From contig DUUS01000114.1 in NCBI GenBank assembly GCA_012841465.1, forward strand, positions 1-29,137: a DNA stretch of 29,137 nucleotides. The letters are read 5' to 3'. A program made the position numbers and the translations under genes. Position 1 is the stretch's first letter, and the number at the start of each line of letters is the position of its first letter. The notes below the pieces were generated by a model that ran no database searches, was not told where the DNA came from, and saw nothing but the letters and a program-made list of their open reading frames with translations. This document shows, piece by piece, positions 9,392 through 16,847 of the stretch. The DNA comes from Mollicutes bacterium (GTDB lineage: Bacteria > Bacillota_I > Bacilli_A > RF39 > UBA660).

Positions 9392-9789
9392 TTGATTATG
9401 ATTTAAAAACGGATAAAAATATTAAAAGAAATGAAAATTTTATAAAGTTATTTGAAAAGTCTTTAAAAGAAGAAAAACTATCAGAGAGAACAATTAATAA
9501 ACATTTAGATAATATAGATTTATTTATTAATGATTATTTAAATCATTATGATACTTACAAAATGGAAGAAGGACCGTATCATTTTTATGATTTTTTTTCT
9601 TACTGGTTTCCTATTAAGATAGCATATTCATCAGAGACATTACTAAAATCTCTCTTAACGACAGTAAAAAAGTTTTACAAATGCATGGTTGAAAATAATC
9701 TTGTTGATAAAGAAATGTATGATTATGCTATTTCTAGTGTAAACCAAAACTTTGATGAGTTTATTGATATTCTTCATCAGTATAAATAG
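9388..9789 (+). CDS. Stand-alone protein resembling the tyrosine-recombinase core-binding (SAM-like) domain
   Basis: F...L..E.LSERTI.KH..NI..F and ..VKKFYK.M pattern; only 133 aa with no catalytic domain; ATGA overlap with the HEPN stop. Confidence 0.6.
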   Translation: MIDYDLKTDKNIKRNENFIKLFEKSLKEEKLSERTINKHLDNIDLFINDYLNHYDTYKMEEGPYHFYDFFSYWFPIKIAYSSETLLKSLLTTVKKFYKCMVENNLVDKEMYDYAISSVNQNFDEFIDILHQYK

Positions 9790-9847
9790 CATGCGAGGAT
9801 GAAGATTATTTTTAAATAAACATAAAATTAACAAAGGAGATTAAAAA

Positions 9848-10927
9848 ATGAAAGTAATAATAACTGCTGGTGGAACTGGTGGACATATTTATCCAGCTCT
9901 AGCGATTTTAAATAAAATTAAAGAAAAAGAAAAAAACTGTGAAATTCTTTATATTGGTACTCATAATCGAATGGAAAAAGATATCGTGCCTAAAGAAGGA
10001 TATAATTATGAAGCTTTAGAGATATATGGTTTTAGTAAAACTGAAATAAAAAGAAATTTTAAAAACATAAAATTAATCTTTAAAGCCAAAAAAAGATGTC
10101 TTGAAATAATGAAAGAATTTAAACCAGATATTGTTATTGGAGTAGGTGGTTATGTAACCTATCCAGTAATAAAGGCAGCCAGTAAATTAAAGATAAAAAC
10201 CTTTATTCATGAGCAAAATAGTATCCCTGGTAAAACTAATAAAAATCTTGGTAAAATTGCATCATTAATTGGAGTGTCTTTTAAAGATAGTTTAAAATAC
10301 TTTGATAAAGATAAAGTTATTTTTACGGGTAATCCCTCATCTGAGAATGCTCTTGATATAAAAGCTACACCTAAGACTAAATATGGACTTGATCGTAATA
10401 AAAAAAGTATTGTTATTGTCCAGGGAAGCTTAGGATCAAGCGCGATTAATAAAAAGATGAAAGACTTTTTAGAAAACATTAGTAAAGAAACTTATGATGT
10501 TTTATATATAACTGGTAATGCTACATATGAAGAATTTTCTAAAAACAAATTTAGTGAAAATGTTAAAGTAGTACCATATGTACCTAATTTAGCAGGTTTA
10601 ATGAAAGATGTAGATTTAGTTATATCAAGAGCAGGAGCAGGTACCATCAGTGAACTTTCTGCTCTTGAAAAACCAAGTATTTTAATACCGAGTCCCTATG
10701 TTGCTAATAATCACCAGTACTTTAATGCTCTTAGTGTATCAGACGCCGGTGGAGCTATTATGATTGAAGAAAAAGATCTTAATACTGATATTTTAAAAGA
10801 TTCAATTAATAAAATATTAAATGATGAAAAGAAATATAAAGAAATGCAAAATTCTTTAAAAGATTTACTTGTAAATAACAGTAGTACGATTATATATGAA
10901 GAGATAAAAAAATTAGTAAAGGATTAA
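9848..10927 (+). CDS. murG: Undecaprenyl-PP-MurNAc-pentapeptide GlcNAc transferase
   Basis: AGGTGGHIYPA, GVGGYV, HEQNSIPG, TGNP, QGSLGS, SRAGAGT, NHQYFNA. Confidence 0.97.
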   Translation: MKVIITAGGTGGHIYPALAILNKIKEKEKNCEILYIGTHNRMEKDIVPKEGYNYEALEIYGFSKTEIKRNFKNIKLIFKAKKRCLEIMKEFKPDIVIGVGGYVTYPVIKAASKLKIKTFIHEQNSIPGKTNKNLGKIASLIGVSFKDSLKYFDKDKVIFTGNPSSENALDIKATPKTKYGLDRNKKSIVIVQGSLGSSAINKKMKDFLENISKETYDVLYITGNATYEEFSKNKFSENVKVVPYVPNLAGLMKDVDLVISRAGAGTISELSALEKPSILIPSPYVANNHQYFNALSVSDAGGAIMIEEKDLNTDILKDSINKILNDEKKYKEMQNSLKDLLVNNSSTIIYEEIKKLVKD

Positions 10928-10932
10928 TATTG

Positions 10933-11628
10933 ATGAAAAAGGTTAAAAGAAAACTTAATTTTAAAAAATTGTTTATATTTATCCTATTTATATATTTAAT
11001 TTACTGTTTTGGTATGCATTTATATAATAAACCAATTAAAAATATTATTATAAATGGAAATGTTGTAGTTAAAGATTTTGAAATAATTGAAAAAGCTAAA
11101 ATTAAAGATTATCCTTCTATGTTTAGCATAACAAGAAAAGAAATGGAAAAAAGAATTAAAGAAATTCCTTTTATTGAAGAGGCAATAGTTTCTAAAAACT
11201 TAAAATATCAAATTAATATAGAGGTTAAAGAATCAAAAGCAATCCTTCTTAACAACCATACTAATAAAGTGGTCTTAAGCAGCGGAGAAATGATCGATGA
11301 TTATATTATCGGAATACCCACACTAATAAATATGGTACCAGAAGATATTTTACTAGAGTTTGCATCTAAAATGGGAAAACTAGACTCTGGTATAATAAGT
11401 TTAATTGGAGAGATAGAATATACTCCAAGAAAAAATGATGAAGGAAAAACTATTGAAGATGATGTCTTTACTCTTTATATGAATGATGGTAATACTGTAG
11501 TAACTAACTCTAGTAAATGTGATAATTTGTCTAAATATAGAGAAATATATGCAAGTTTAGATGATCGAAAGGGGATACTGAATTTAGATAGTGGTAATTA
11601 TGAAAACTTTGTTTTTATACCATTTTAA
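10933..11628 (+). CDS. divIB: Cell division protein FtsQ/DivIB
   Basis: Basic N-terminus, one TM helix, POTRA-like domain (IIINGN...PFIEEAIVSK), C-terminal GILNLDSG; follows murG. Confidence 0.8.
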   Translation: MKKVKRKLNFKKLFIFILFIYLIYCFGMHLYNKPIKNIIINGNVVVKDFEIIEKAKIKDYPSMFSITRKEMEKRIKEIPFIEEAIVSKNLKYQINIEVKESKAILLNNHTNKVVLSSGEMIDDYIIGIPTLINMVPEDILLEFASKMGKLDSGIISLIGEIEYTPRKNDEGKTIEDDVFTLYMNDGNTVVTNSSKCDNLSKYREIYASLDDRKGILNLDSGNYENFVFIPF

Positions 11629-11634
11629 AAGATT

Positions 11635-12222
11635 ATGAATTACAATGAAGAAATGAAAGAGATTATAAAAAACAAAAAAGGTGATAGACTACTTATGCAT
11701 AGTTGTTGCGCACCTTGCTCAAGTAGTGTAATTGAAAGATTAAAAAATGATTTTGAAATCACCGTACTTTTTTATAATCCTAATATAGAACCAAAAGAAG
11801 AATATATAAAAAGAAAAAATGAGCAAATTAAATTACTTGATAAACTAAATATAAAGTATTTAGACACTGATTATTTAAATGAAGAATTTAGAGAAAAAAT
11901 AAAAGGATTTGAAAAAGAAAAAGAGGGCGGAAAAAGATGTACTCTATGTTACGGGCTAAGACTTTCAAAAACAGGTAAAGTTGCTAAAGAAAAAAACTTT
12001 GATTACTTTACAACTACTCTTACAGTAAGTCCTTATAAAAATAGTAAAACAATTAATTTAATCGGATTAAATATTGAAAAAAAAGAAAATATAAAATATT
12101 TAGTATCAGATTTTAAAAAAGAAGATGGCTATAAAAAGAGTATTGAGCTATCTTCTATATATAATCTATATCGCCAAGATTACTGTGGTTGCCACTTTAG
12201 TAAAGGAGAAAGAAATGAATAA
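11635..12222 (+). CDS. queH: Epoxyqueuosine reductase QueH (DUF208)
   Basis: LLMHSCCAPCS, FYNPNI, RCxxCYxLRL, TTLTVSPYK, YRQDYCGC. Confidence 0.93.
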   Translation: MNYNEEMKEIIKNKKGDRLLMHSCCAPCSSSVIERLKNDFEITVLFYNPNIEPKEEYIKRKNEQIKLLDKLNIKYLDTDYLNEEFREKIKGFEKEKEGGKRCTLCYGLRLSKTGKVAKEKNFDYFTTTLTVSPYKNSKTINLIGLNIEKKENIKYLVSDFKKEDGYKKSIELSSIYNLYRQDYCGCHFSKGERNE

Positions 12223-12634
12223 AAAAGGAATAACTTTAACTGAACTACTAATCGTACTGGTAATATTATCAATTATAATAGTTATAGTAACCCCTGGATT
12301 TAATGACTTTTTATTTAAAACCAAAGATAAAATAAGTACTTTAAATGAAAATAATTTAAAAGAAGCAGGAAATATGTTTGGTCAAGAAGTATATATGTGC
12401 CAAAGTAATGCTGATATTAAAGCATTATTTTCCAAATTAAATATTACCGTAAATAACTGCGCGGAAGCCAAAGCAAAACTTGAAGCTGGAGTTAATGTTT
12501 CGATTGGATTTTTAAAACAGCACGATTATTTTAGAGATGATTCAAATAACTGTAATGAATCTGGTACTTTAAATATAAAAATCGATGGTCATAAAGTAAT
12601 AACCAAACTTAATTCAAATGTAAAATGCAAATAA
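12215..12634 (+). CDS. Type IV pilin-like protein with a prepilin cleavage/methylation signal
   Basis: MNKKG|ITLTELLIVLVILSIIIVIV with Glu at +5. True start is ATG 12215 behind AAGGAG; the ORF-track start at 12125 is an overextension. Confidence 0.85.
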   Translation: MNKKGITLTELLIVLVILSIIIVIVTPGFNDFLFKTKDKISTLNENNLKEAGNMFGQEVYMCQSNADIKALFSKLNITVNNCAEAKAKLEAGVNVSIGFLKQHDYFRDDSNNCNESGTLNIKIDGHKVITKLNSNVKCK

Positions 12635-12644
12635 AGGAGCTAAT

Positions 12645-13607
12645 ATGAGTTTATTTAAAAAATTTAAGAAAGTATTTAAACCAAAAGAAAAAGAAAGCTA
12701 TGATAAAGGTCTTGAAAAAACTAGAAAAGGCTTTATAAGTGAGCTTAATATACTAGGTTTAAAATTTAAAAAAGTAACTGATGAGTACTTTGAAGAACTT
12801 GAAATGATATTAATAAAAGCGGATATCGGAATTAAAACTGTCGATAAATTTCTAGAAAGATTAAAGAAAAGAGTAAAAGAAGAAAATATTGAAAGTACAT
12901 CTTTTTTAAGTGAAGTTATTGTTGATGAACTTTTTATGATTTATGTTGAAGGAGAATCTTTAACCGATAAAATAAATATGGCAGAGTCTGGTCCAACTAT
13001 TATCCTAACAGTGGGAGTAAATGGAGTAGGTAAGACTACTACTATTGGTAAACTGGCTCATAAATATAAAAATGAAGGTAAAAGTGTTCTTTTAGTAGCT
13101 GGAGATACCTTTAGAGCAGGAGCAGTACCTCAGTTAAAAGAATGGGCTGATAAAACAGGTTCTCTATTTGTCGGAAGAGAAAATGCCGATCCAGCTAGTG
13201 TAATTTATGATGGTATTAAAGAGGCAATCGATAAAGATATTGATATAGTTTTAGTAGATACTGCAGGTAGACTTCAAAATAAAGTAAATTTAATGAAAGA
13301 ACTTGAAAAGATTAATAAAGTTATCGGAAAACATATTGAAGATGCACCTCATGAAACATTATTAATCATTGATGCTACTACTGGTCAAAATGGTATTAGT
13401 CAAGCCGAAAGTTTTAAAGAAATAACTAATATTACTGGTATTGTTTTAACTAAGCTTGATGGAACTGCTAAGGGTGGAATAGTTCTAGCTATTAAAGAAG
13501 AAGTAAACCTACCTGTAAAATTTGTTGGTCTTGGAGAAGGCGTGCTTGATCTTAAACCATTTGATATTGAAGAATATATCTATGGATTATTTAAGGATAT
13601 GATGTAA
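12645..13607 (+). CDS. ftsY: SRP receptor FtsY (short, NG domain only)
   Basis: GVNGVGKTTT, GDTFRAGA, DTAGRLQ, DATTGQNG, TKLDGTAKGG. Confidence 0.97.
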   Translation: MSLFKKFKKVFKPKEKESYDKGLEKTRKGFISELNILGLKFKKVTDEYFEELEMILIKADIGIKTVDKFLERLKKRVKEENIESTSFLSEVIVDELFMIYVEGESLTDKINMAESGPTIILTVGVNGVGKTTTIGKLAHKYKNEGKSVLLVAGDTFRAGAVPQLKEWADKTGSLFVGRENADPASVIYDGIKEAIDKDIDIVLVDTAGRLQNKVNLMKELEKINKVIGKHIEDAPHETLLIIDATTGQNGISQAESFKEITNITGIVLTKLDGTAKGGIVLAIKEEVNLPVKFVGLGEGVLDLKPFDIEEYIYGLFKDMM

Positions 13608-13888
13608 TGGAAGATATTATTTATTATACAAACCTTTATGATTATTATAAAAATCTTTTAACAGACACACAAAGAAAATACTTTGAAAACTATTATTTTA
13701 ATAACTTATCTATTCAAGAAATAGCGGATAATAATAAAGTATCAAAAAATGCTGTTAGTAAATCTTTAATAGAAGTTACTAAAAGATTAGATAATTATGA
13801 AGATACTTTAAATTTATATAATAATTATCAGAAAATAAAAAAAATATTAGAACCTAATATTTTTAAAAACATAGAAGATTATATATAA
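13607..13888 (+). CDS. ylxM: YlxM/UPF0122 sigma-70-region-4-like HTH protein
   Basis: LYDYYKNLLTxxQ..YF..YY..NLS..EIA....VS..AV pattern; overlaps the ftsY stop. Confidence 0.85.
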   Translation: MEDIIYYTNLYDYYKNLLTDTQRKYFENYYFNNLSIQEIADNNKVSKNAVSKSLIEVTKRLDNYEDTLNLYNNYQKIKKILEPNIFKNIEDYI

Positions 13889-14289
13889 GTAATCTTTTTT
13901 TGATTCCTATAACTAAATATATTTAAAGTAATAAATGGAATTATAATAGATAAGGTGCTTAAATTATTCAAAAAAGAATCTTTAAAGTTAAGAGCAATTA
14001 TAAGAAGGACAAACCATAAACAAATAGACATAAACTGAAACTTTAAATCTTTATAAACAAAACAAACTAAACTAAAGATAGTAATCAGTGCAAAGGTAAG
14101 AATAATTAAAGCCCACCAAGTACTAGTAAACATATTCTGAATTACTAAAGCAATGCCTGCAGCATCATTAAATAAACTTTCACTATAATTTAATCTATCA
14201 ATATAACTAAAATAAAATAATACCCAAATACTAAAAAGACAATTAAATATAACACTTAAAAATAATAATTTACTTCTTTCTTTAAACAT
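13879..14289 (-). CDS. Hypothetical 4-TM membrane protein (136 aa)
   Basis: ATG 14289 (MFKERSK...) follows AAGGAG; four hydrophobic helices. The ORF-track start at 14430 runs through hairpins and is unlikely. Confidence 0.75.
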   Translation of the reverse strand: MFKERSKLLFLSVIFNCLFSIWVLFYFSYIDRLNYSESLFNDAAGIALVIQNMFTSTWWALIILTFALITIFSLVCFVYKDLKFQFMSICLWFVLLIIALNFKDSFLNNLSTLSIIIPFITLNIFSYRNQKKITYI

Positions 14290-14341
14290 ATAAGACTCCT
14301 TACTTAAAATAATAACAAATAAATAATAAAAAGTCATTATA

Positions 14342-14394
14342 ATAGAGCACATTAGTATGTGCTCTATGAGGAAAGGTAATTCTATCACCTTTCC
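14342..14394. repeat. Tandem inverted repeats (11-bp and 8-bp perfect stems)
   Basis: atagagcacat-tagt-atgtgctctat (14342-14367) and ggaaaggt-aattctatc-acctttcc (14370-14394). Confidence 0.8.
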
Positions 14395-14464
14395 ATTAGT
14401 ATTATATCCATTATATTTATAAATATGCATTAAAATTTAAATTTAATTAAAATATATATTAATG

Positions 14465-14821
14465 CTACCTTCTTCGTCTTTTTATTAAAGATTTAGGTTT
14501 TTCAAGCAACATAAGTTTTTCAGATAATTCTTCGTACGAATCACTATTTTCTTTATAGAACTCATCAAAAACATCTTGGTTAGATTCACATAATTTTTTT
14601 GTACTTTCAATCGTGGTTTGGTCTTCATCCAAAGATGTAGATGGTAAAAGCACTTTAGATTCAATTGATTTTATATCTTTGAATTTTTCAAAAAGAGTAA
14701 TCTCGCCGTAACAAATTTTTATTTTATCATCTTTATTATCAGTTAGTAAATTAGGATCAGAACTTAATTTATATATTCTTGCTTGCGTTGGGTCTAAAAA
14801 ATAACTTTGGCAATTGAGCAA
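14465..14821 (-). CDS. Hypothetical acidic protein with a basic C-terminal tail; start uncertain
   Basis: 118 open codons with protein-like composition. The only plausible start is a TTG inside a T8 run, and there is an in-frame TAG six codons upstream. Confidence 0.5.
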   Translation of the reverse strand: MLNCQSYFLDPTQARIYKLSSDPNLLTDNKDDKIKICYGEITLFEKFKDIKSIESKVLLPSTSLDEDQTTIESTKKLCESNQDVFDEFYKENSDSYEELSEKLMLLEKPKSLIKRRRR

Positions 14822-14950
14822 AAAAAAGACGGATACCTAAAATACAATATTTTTAGAAAGACAATAAACCGCTCGTTCTAGAACTCGTTTGGTGATGCTA
14901 ACCAAACAAAAAAGAGATATACTTAATTGTTGTTAGGTGTCTTTTCGTTT
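14820..14950 (-). ncRNA. Candidate structured small RNA or cis-regulatory leader (~125-130 nt)
   Basis: Long closing stem aaaagac-acctaa-acaat / attgt-ttaggt-gtctttt, internal 7-bp hairpin 14887-14907, 3' U8 tract, and an upstream extended -10 promoter. Confidence 0.55.
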
Positions 14951-14955
14951 GTTTA

Positions 14956-14983
14956 AATATATCAATAAATTATAATTTATCAA
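14956..14983 (-). promoter_or_regulatory. Promoter for the candidate RNA/ORF, with a 16-bp palindrome in the spacer
   Basis: TTGATA (14983-14978), 16 bp, TGa-TATATT (14961-14956); palindrome ataaattataatttat at 14965-14980. Confidence 0.5.
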
Positions 14984-14985
14984 TG

Positions 14986-15010
14986 AAAAAAGCCTAGTAA
15001 ATAAGGCTTT
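14986..15010 (-). terminator. Terminator after tRNA-Ala
   Basis: aaagcct-tatttact-aggcttt followed by a U-run on the minus strand. Confidence 0.75.
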
Positions 15011-15020
15011 GATTGTCTAT

Positions 15021-15097
15021 TGGTGGAGAATATCGGACTTGAACCGATGACCCCCTGCTTGCAAGGCAGGTGCTCTAGCCAACTGAGCCAATTCCCC
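15021..15097 (-). tRNA. tRNA-Ala (anticodon TGC), CCA encoded
   Basis: GGGGAAT/ATTCTCC acceptor stem with G3:U70, anticodon arm CCTGC-CTTGCAA-GCAGG, GGTTCAAGTCC T-arm, 3' ACCA. Confidence 0.97.
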
Positions 15098-15111
15098 GTA
15101 AGAACATAATT

Positions 15112-15140
15112 ATAGTACCATAACCTAGTATTAAAATCAA
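15112..15140 (-). promoter_or_regulatory. Promoter of tRNA-Ala
   Basis: TTGATT (15140-15135), 17 bp ending in TGg, TACTAT (15117-15112). Confidence 0.65.
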
Positions 15141-15195
15141 TACCTTTGAAAACATATAGACATTTAATCTTGTTGTTGTTATGATATATATGTAA

Positions 15196-15225
15196 TTTAT
15201 ACTTAATCATGATTAAGAATATAAT
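15196..15225 (+). promoter_or_regulatory. Promoter with a candidate operator (perfect 16-bp palindrome) upstream of the LiaF-like operon
   Basis: CTTAATCATGATTAAG at 15202-15217 lies between a weak -35 and TATAAT at 15220-15225. Confidence 0.55.
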
Positions 15226-15246
15226 TATAAGAAAGAAGGTTTTAAA

Positions 15247-15930
15247 GTGAAACAAACAGGGAGAGCTTTATGGGGAATTGCGTTTATTATAGTAGGAACT
15301 ATAATTGGATTTAATTCTCTTGGTATCACAGATATTGATATCTTTTTTAAGGGGTGGTGGACTTTATTTATAATAGTTCCATCATTTATTGGTTTATTTG
15401 AAGGAAATGGAGAAATAATTGGTAATTTAGTTGGACTAATTATAGGTTTCGTCTTATTATTTGCAATTAGAGGAATAGTTGACTTTGAAGTTATTTCAGT
15501 CTTATTTGTTCCATTTATATTTATTGTTATTGGTTTTGGTATTTTATTTAACAGTACTATTAAAGGGACAATAACTGACAAAATTGAAAGTCTTAACAAA
15601 ACAGAAGATGGAATAGACAAGATTTTTGCTACCTTTGCTGGGCAAAATGTTGTTAAAGACAATGAAAAGTTTAAAGGAGCACATATAGATGTTGTTTTTG
15701 GAAGTGCGGTTCTTGATTTAACTAAAGCTAAACTTGATAAAGAAACAGTTATTAAATCAAGTGCAATCTTTGGATCAAGTAAAGTAATACTTCCCAAAAA
15801 TGTAAATGTTAAAATTAAATCAACTCCTATATTTGGAGGTTCTAAAAATAATATTACTAACAAAGATGATAATAAAACAACTGTTTATGTTGAATCTTTC
15901 TGTATGTTTGGAGGATTTGAAATAAAGTGA
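15247..15930 (+). CDS. LiaF-like/DUF2154 cell-envelope stress membrane protein
   Basis: Four N-terminal TM helices (WWTLFIIVP) plus a C-terminal beta domain with FGS..LDL..A, IFGS.KV.LP.NV.V and FGG motifs. Confidence 0.75.
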   Translation: MKQTGRALWGIAFIIVGTIIGFNSLGITDIDIFFKGWWTLFIIVPSFIGLFEGNGEIIGNLVGLIIGFVLLFAIRGIVDFEVISVLFVPFIFIVIGFGILFNSTIKGTITDKIESLNKTEDGIDKIFATFAGQNVVKDNEKFKGAHIDVVFGSAVLDLTKAKLDKETVIKSSAIFGSSKVILPKNVNVKIKSTPIFGGSKNNITNKDDNKTTVYVESFCMFGGFEIK

Positions 15931-16760
15931 ATGGATTTCAAAAGGGAGTAAAGTTCTTAGCAATATTTTTATCAATATTTATTATTATTAATATATTTAC
16001 TGGGATAATGTTTGCCCTTTCTATTATTAGTAAAATAGGTATAAATAAAAACGGATTATCTTTTAATGTTAATTATGAAGAAACAACATTTAATGAAAAA
16101 TATTATGATGTTGATAGACTTGATATAGATGTATCAGCAGCAGTGCTTACTATTAAAGAAGGTAGTGAATTTGAAGTTAATGCTAAGGTTGATTTAAATC
16201 ACTTTTCTTCTAATTTAAACAATGGAACATTAAAAATAAAAGAAAAAAGTAACTGGTTTTTAAATAAAAAAATAGTTCCAGAAATAACTGTTTATATTCC
16301 ATATTCTAATAAACTTAAAAATCTTAATATTAATAGTGGAGCAGGTACTGTTGATATAATGAATATTTCTGCTGAAAGATTTGATTTTAATCAAGGAGCA
16401 GGTCGCTTAATAATTGATTCATCTTCTTTTAAAGAAATTAATATAGATGGTGGAGTTGGTGAAATAGTAATTGAAAACTCATATCTTAATGATCTTGATT
16501 TAGAATCTGGAGTTGGTAAAACCACTATAAGTTCATTTATATCTGGATTAAGTGAAATTGAAAGTGGAGTAGGAGAAGTTAATCTTAATTTACTAGGAAA
16601 CCTTTCTGATTATAGAATAGAAACAGAAAAAGGAATCGGAGCAATTAAAATTAATGGAGAAAACCAGCCTAATAATACTATATTGGGTACTGGTGAAAAT
16701 AGACTTGATGTTAAATCAGGTATCGGAAGCATAAATATAAATGTAAAAAAGGACACATAA
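15927..16760 (+). CDS. DUF4097 (adhesin-like beta-strand repeat) membrane-anchored protein
   Basis: N-terminal TM helix and repeated L.I.SGAG / GGVG / SGVG / KGIG units; GTGA overlap with the upstream stop. Confidence 0.8.
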   Translation: MNGFQKGVKFLAIFLSIFIIINIFTGIMFALSIISKIGINKNGLSFNVNYEETTFNEKYYDVDRLDIDVSAAVLTIKEGSEFEVNAKVDLNHFSSNLNNGTLKIKEKSNWFLNKKIVPEITVYIPYSNKLKNLNINSGAGTVDIMNISAERFDFNQGAGRLIIDSSSFKEINIDGGVGEIVIENSYLNDLDLESGVGKTTISSFISGLSEIESGVGEVNLNLLGNLSDYRIETEKGIGAIKINGENQPNNTILGTGENRLDVKSGIGSININVKKDT

Positions 16761-16780
16761 TTTCCTTATGTGCCCATTTG
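16745..16780 (-). terminator. Terminator of the Y-family polymerase gene
   Basis: On the minus strand, gggcacataa-ggaaa-ttatgtgtcc (one G:U pair) followed by U6. Confidence 0.65.
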
Positions 16781-16804
16781 AGATAGCATATCTTTGCTAT
16801 CTCA
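16779..16804. repeat. Perfect 10-bp inverted repeat between convergent genes
   Basis: tgagatagca-tatctt-tgctatctca; no clear U-tail on either strand. Confidence 0.75.
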
Positions 16805-16847
16805 CTAATATTATATCCTTTATATTTATAAATATACATAAAAATGG

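Noticed and set aside
10207-10479. 90-aa minus-strand ORF
   Set aside because: Antisense shadow of murG.
14824-14945. SRP (4.5S) RNA, suggested by proximity to ftsY-ylxM
   Set aside because: Lacks the conserved domain IV CAGG/GNRA/GCAG motif on both strands.
14980-15255. 91-aa minus-strand ORF
   Set aside because: Runs through the tRNA-Ala gene, its promoter and its terminator.
15225-15863. 212-aa minus-strand ORF
   Set aside because: Antisense shadow of the LiaF-like gene.
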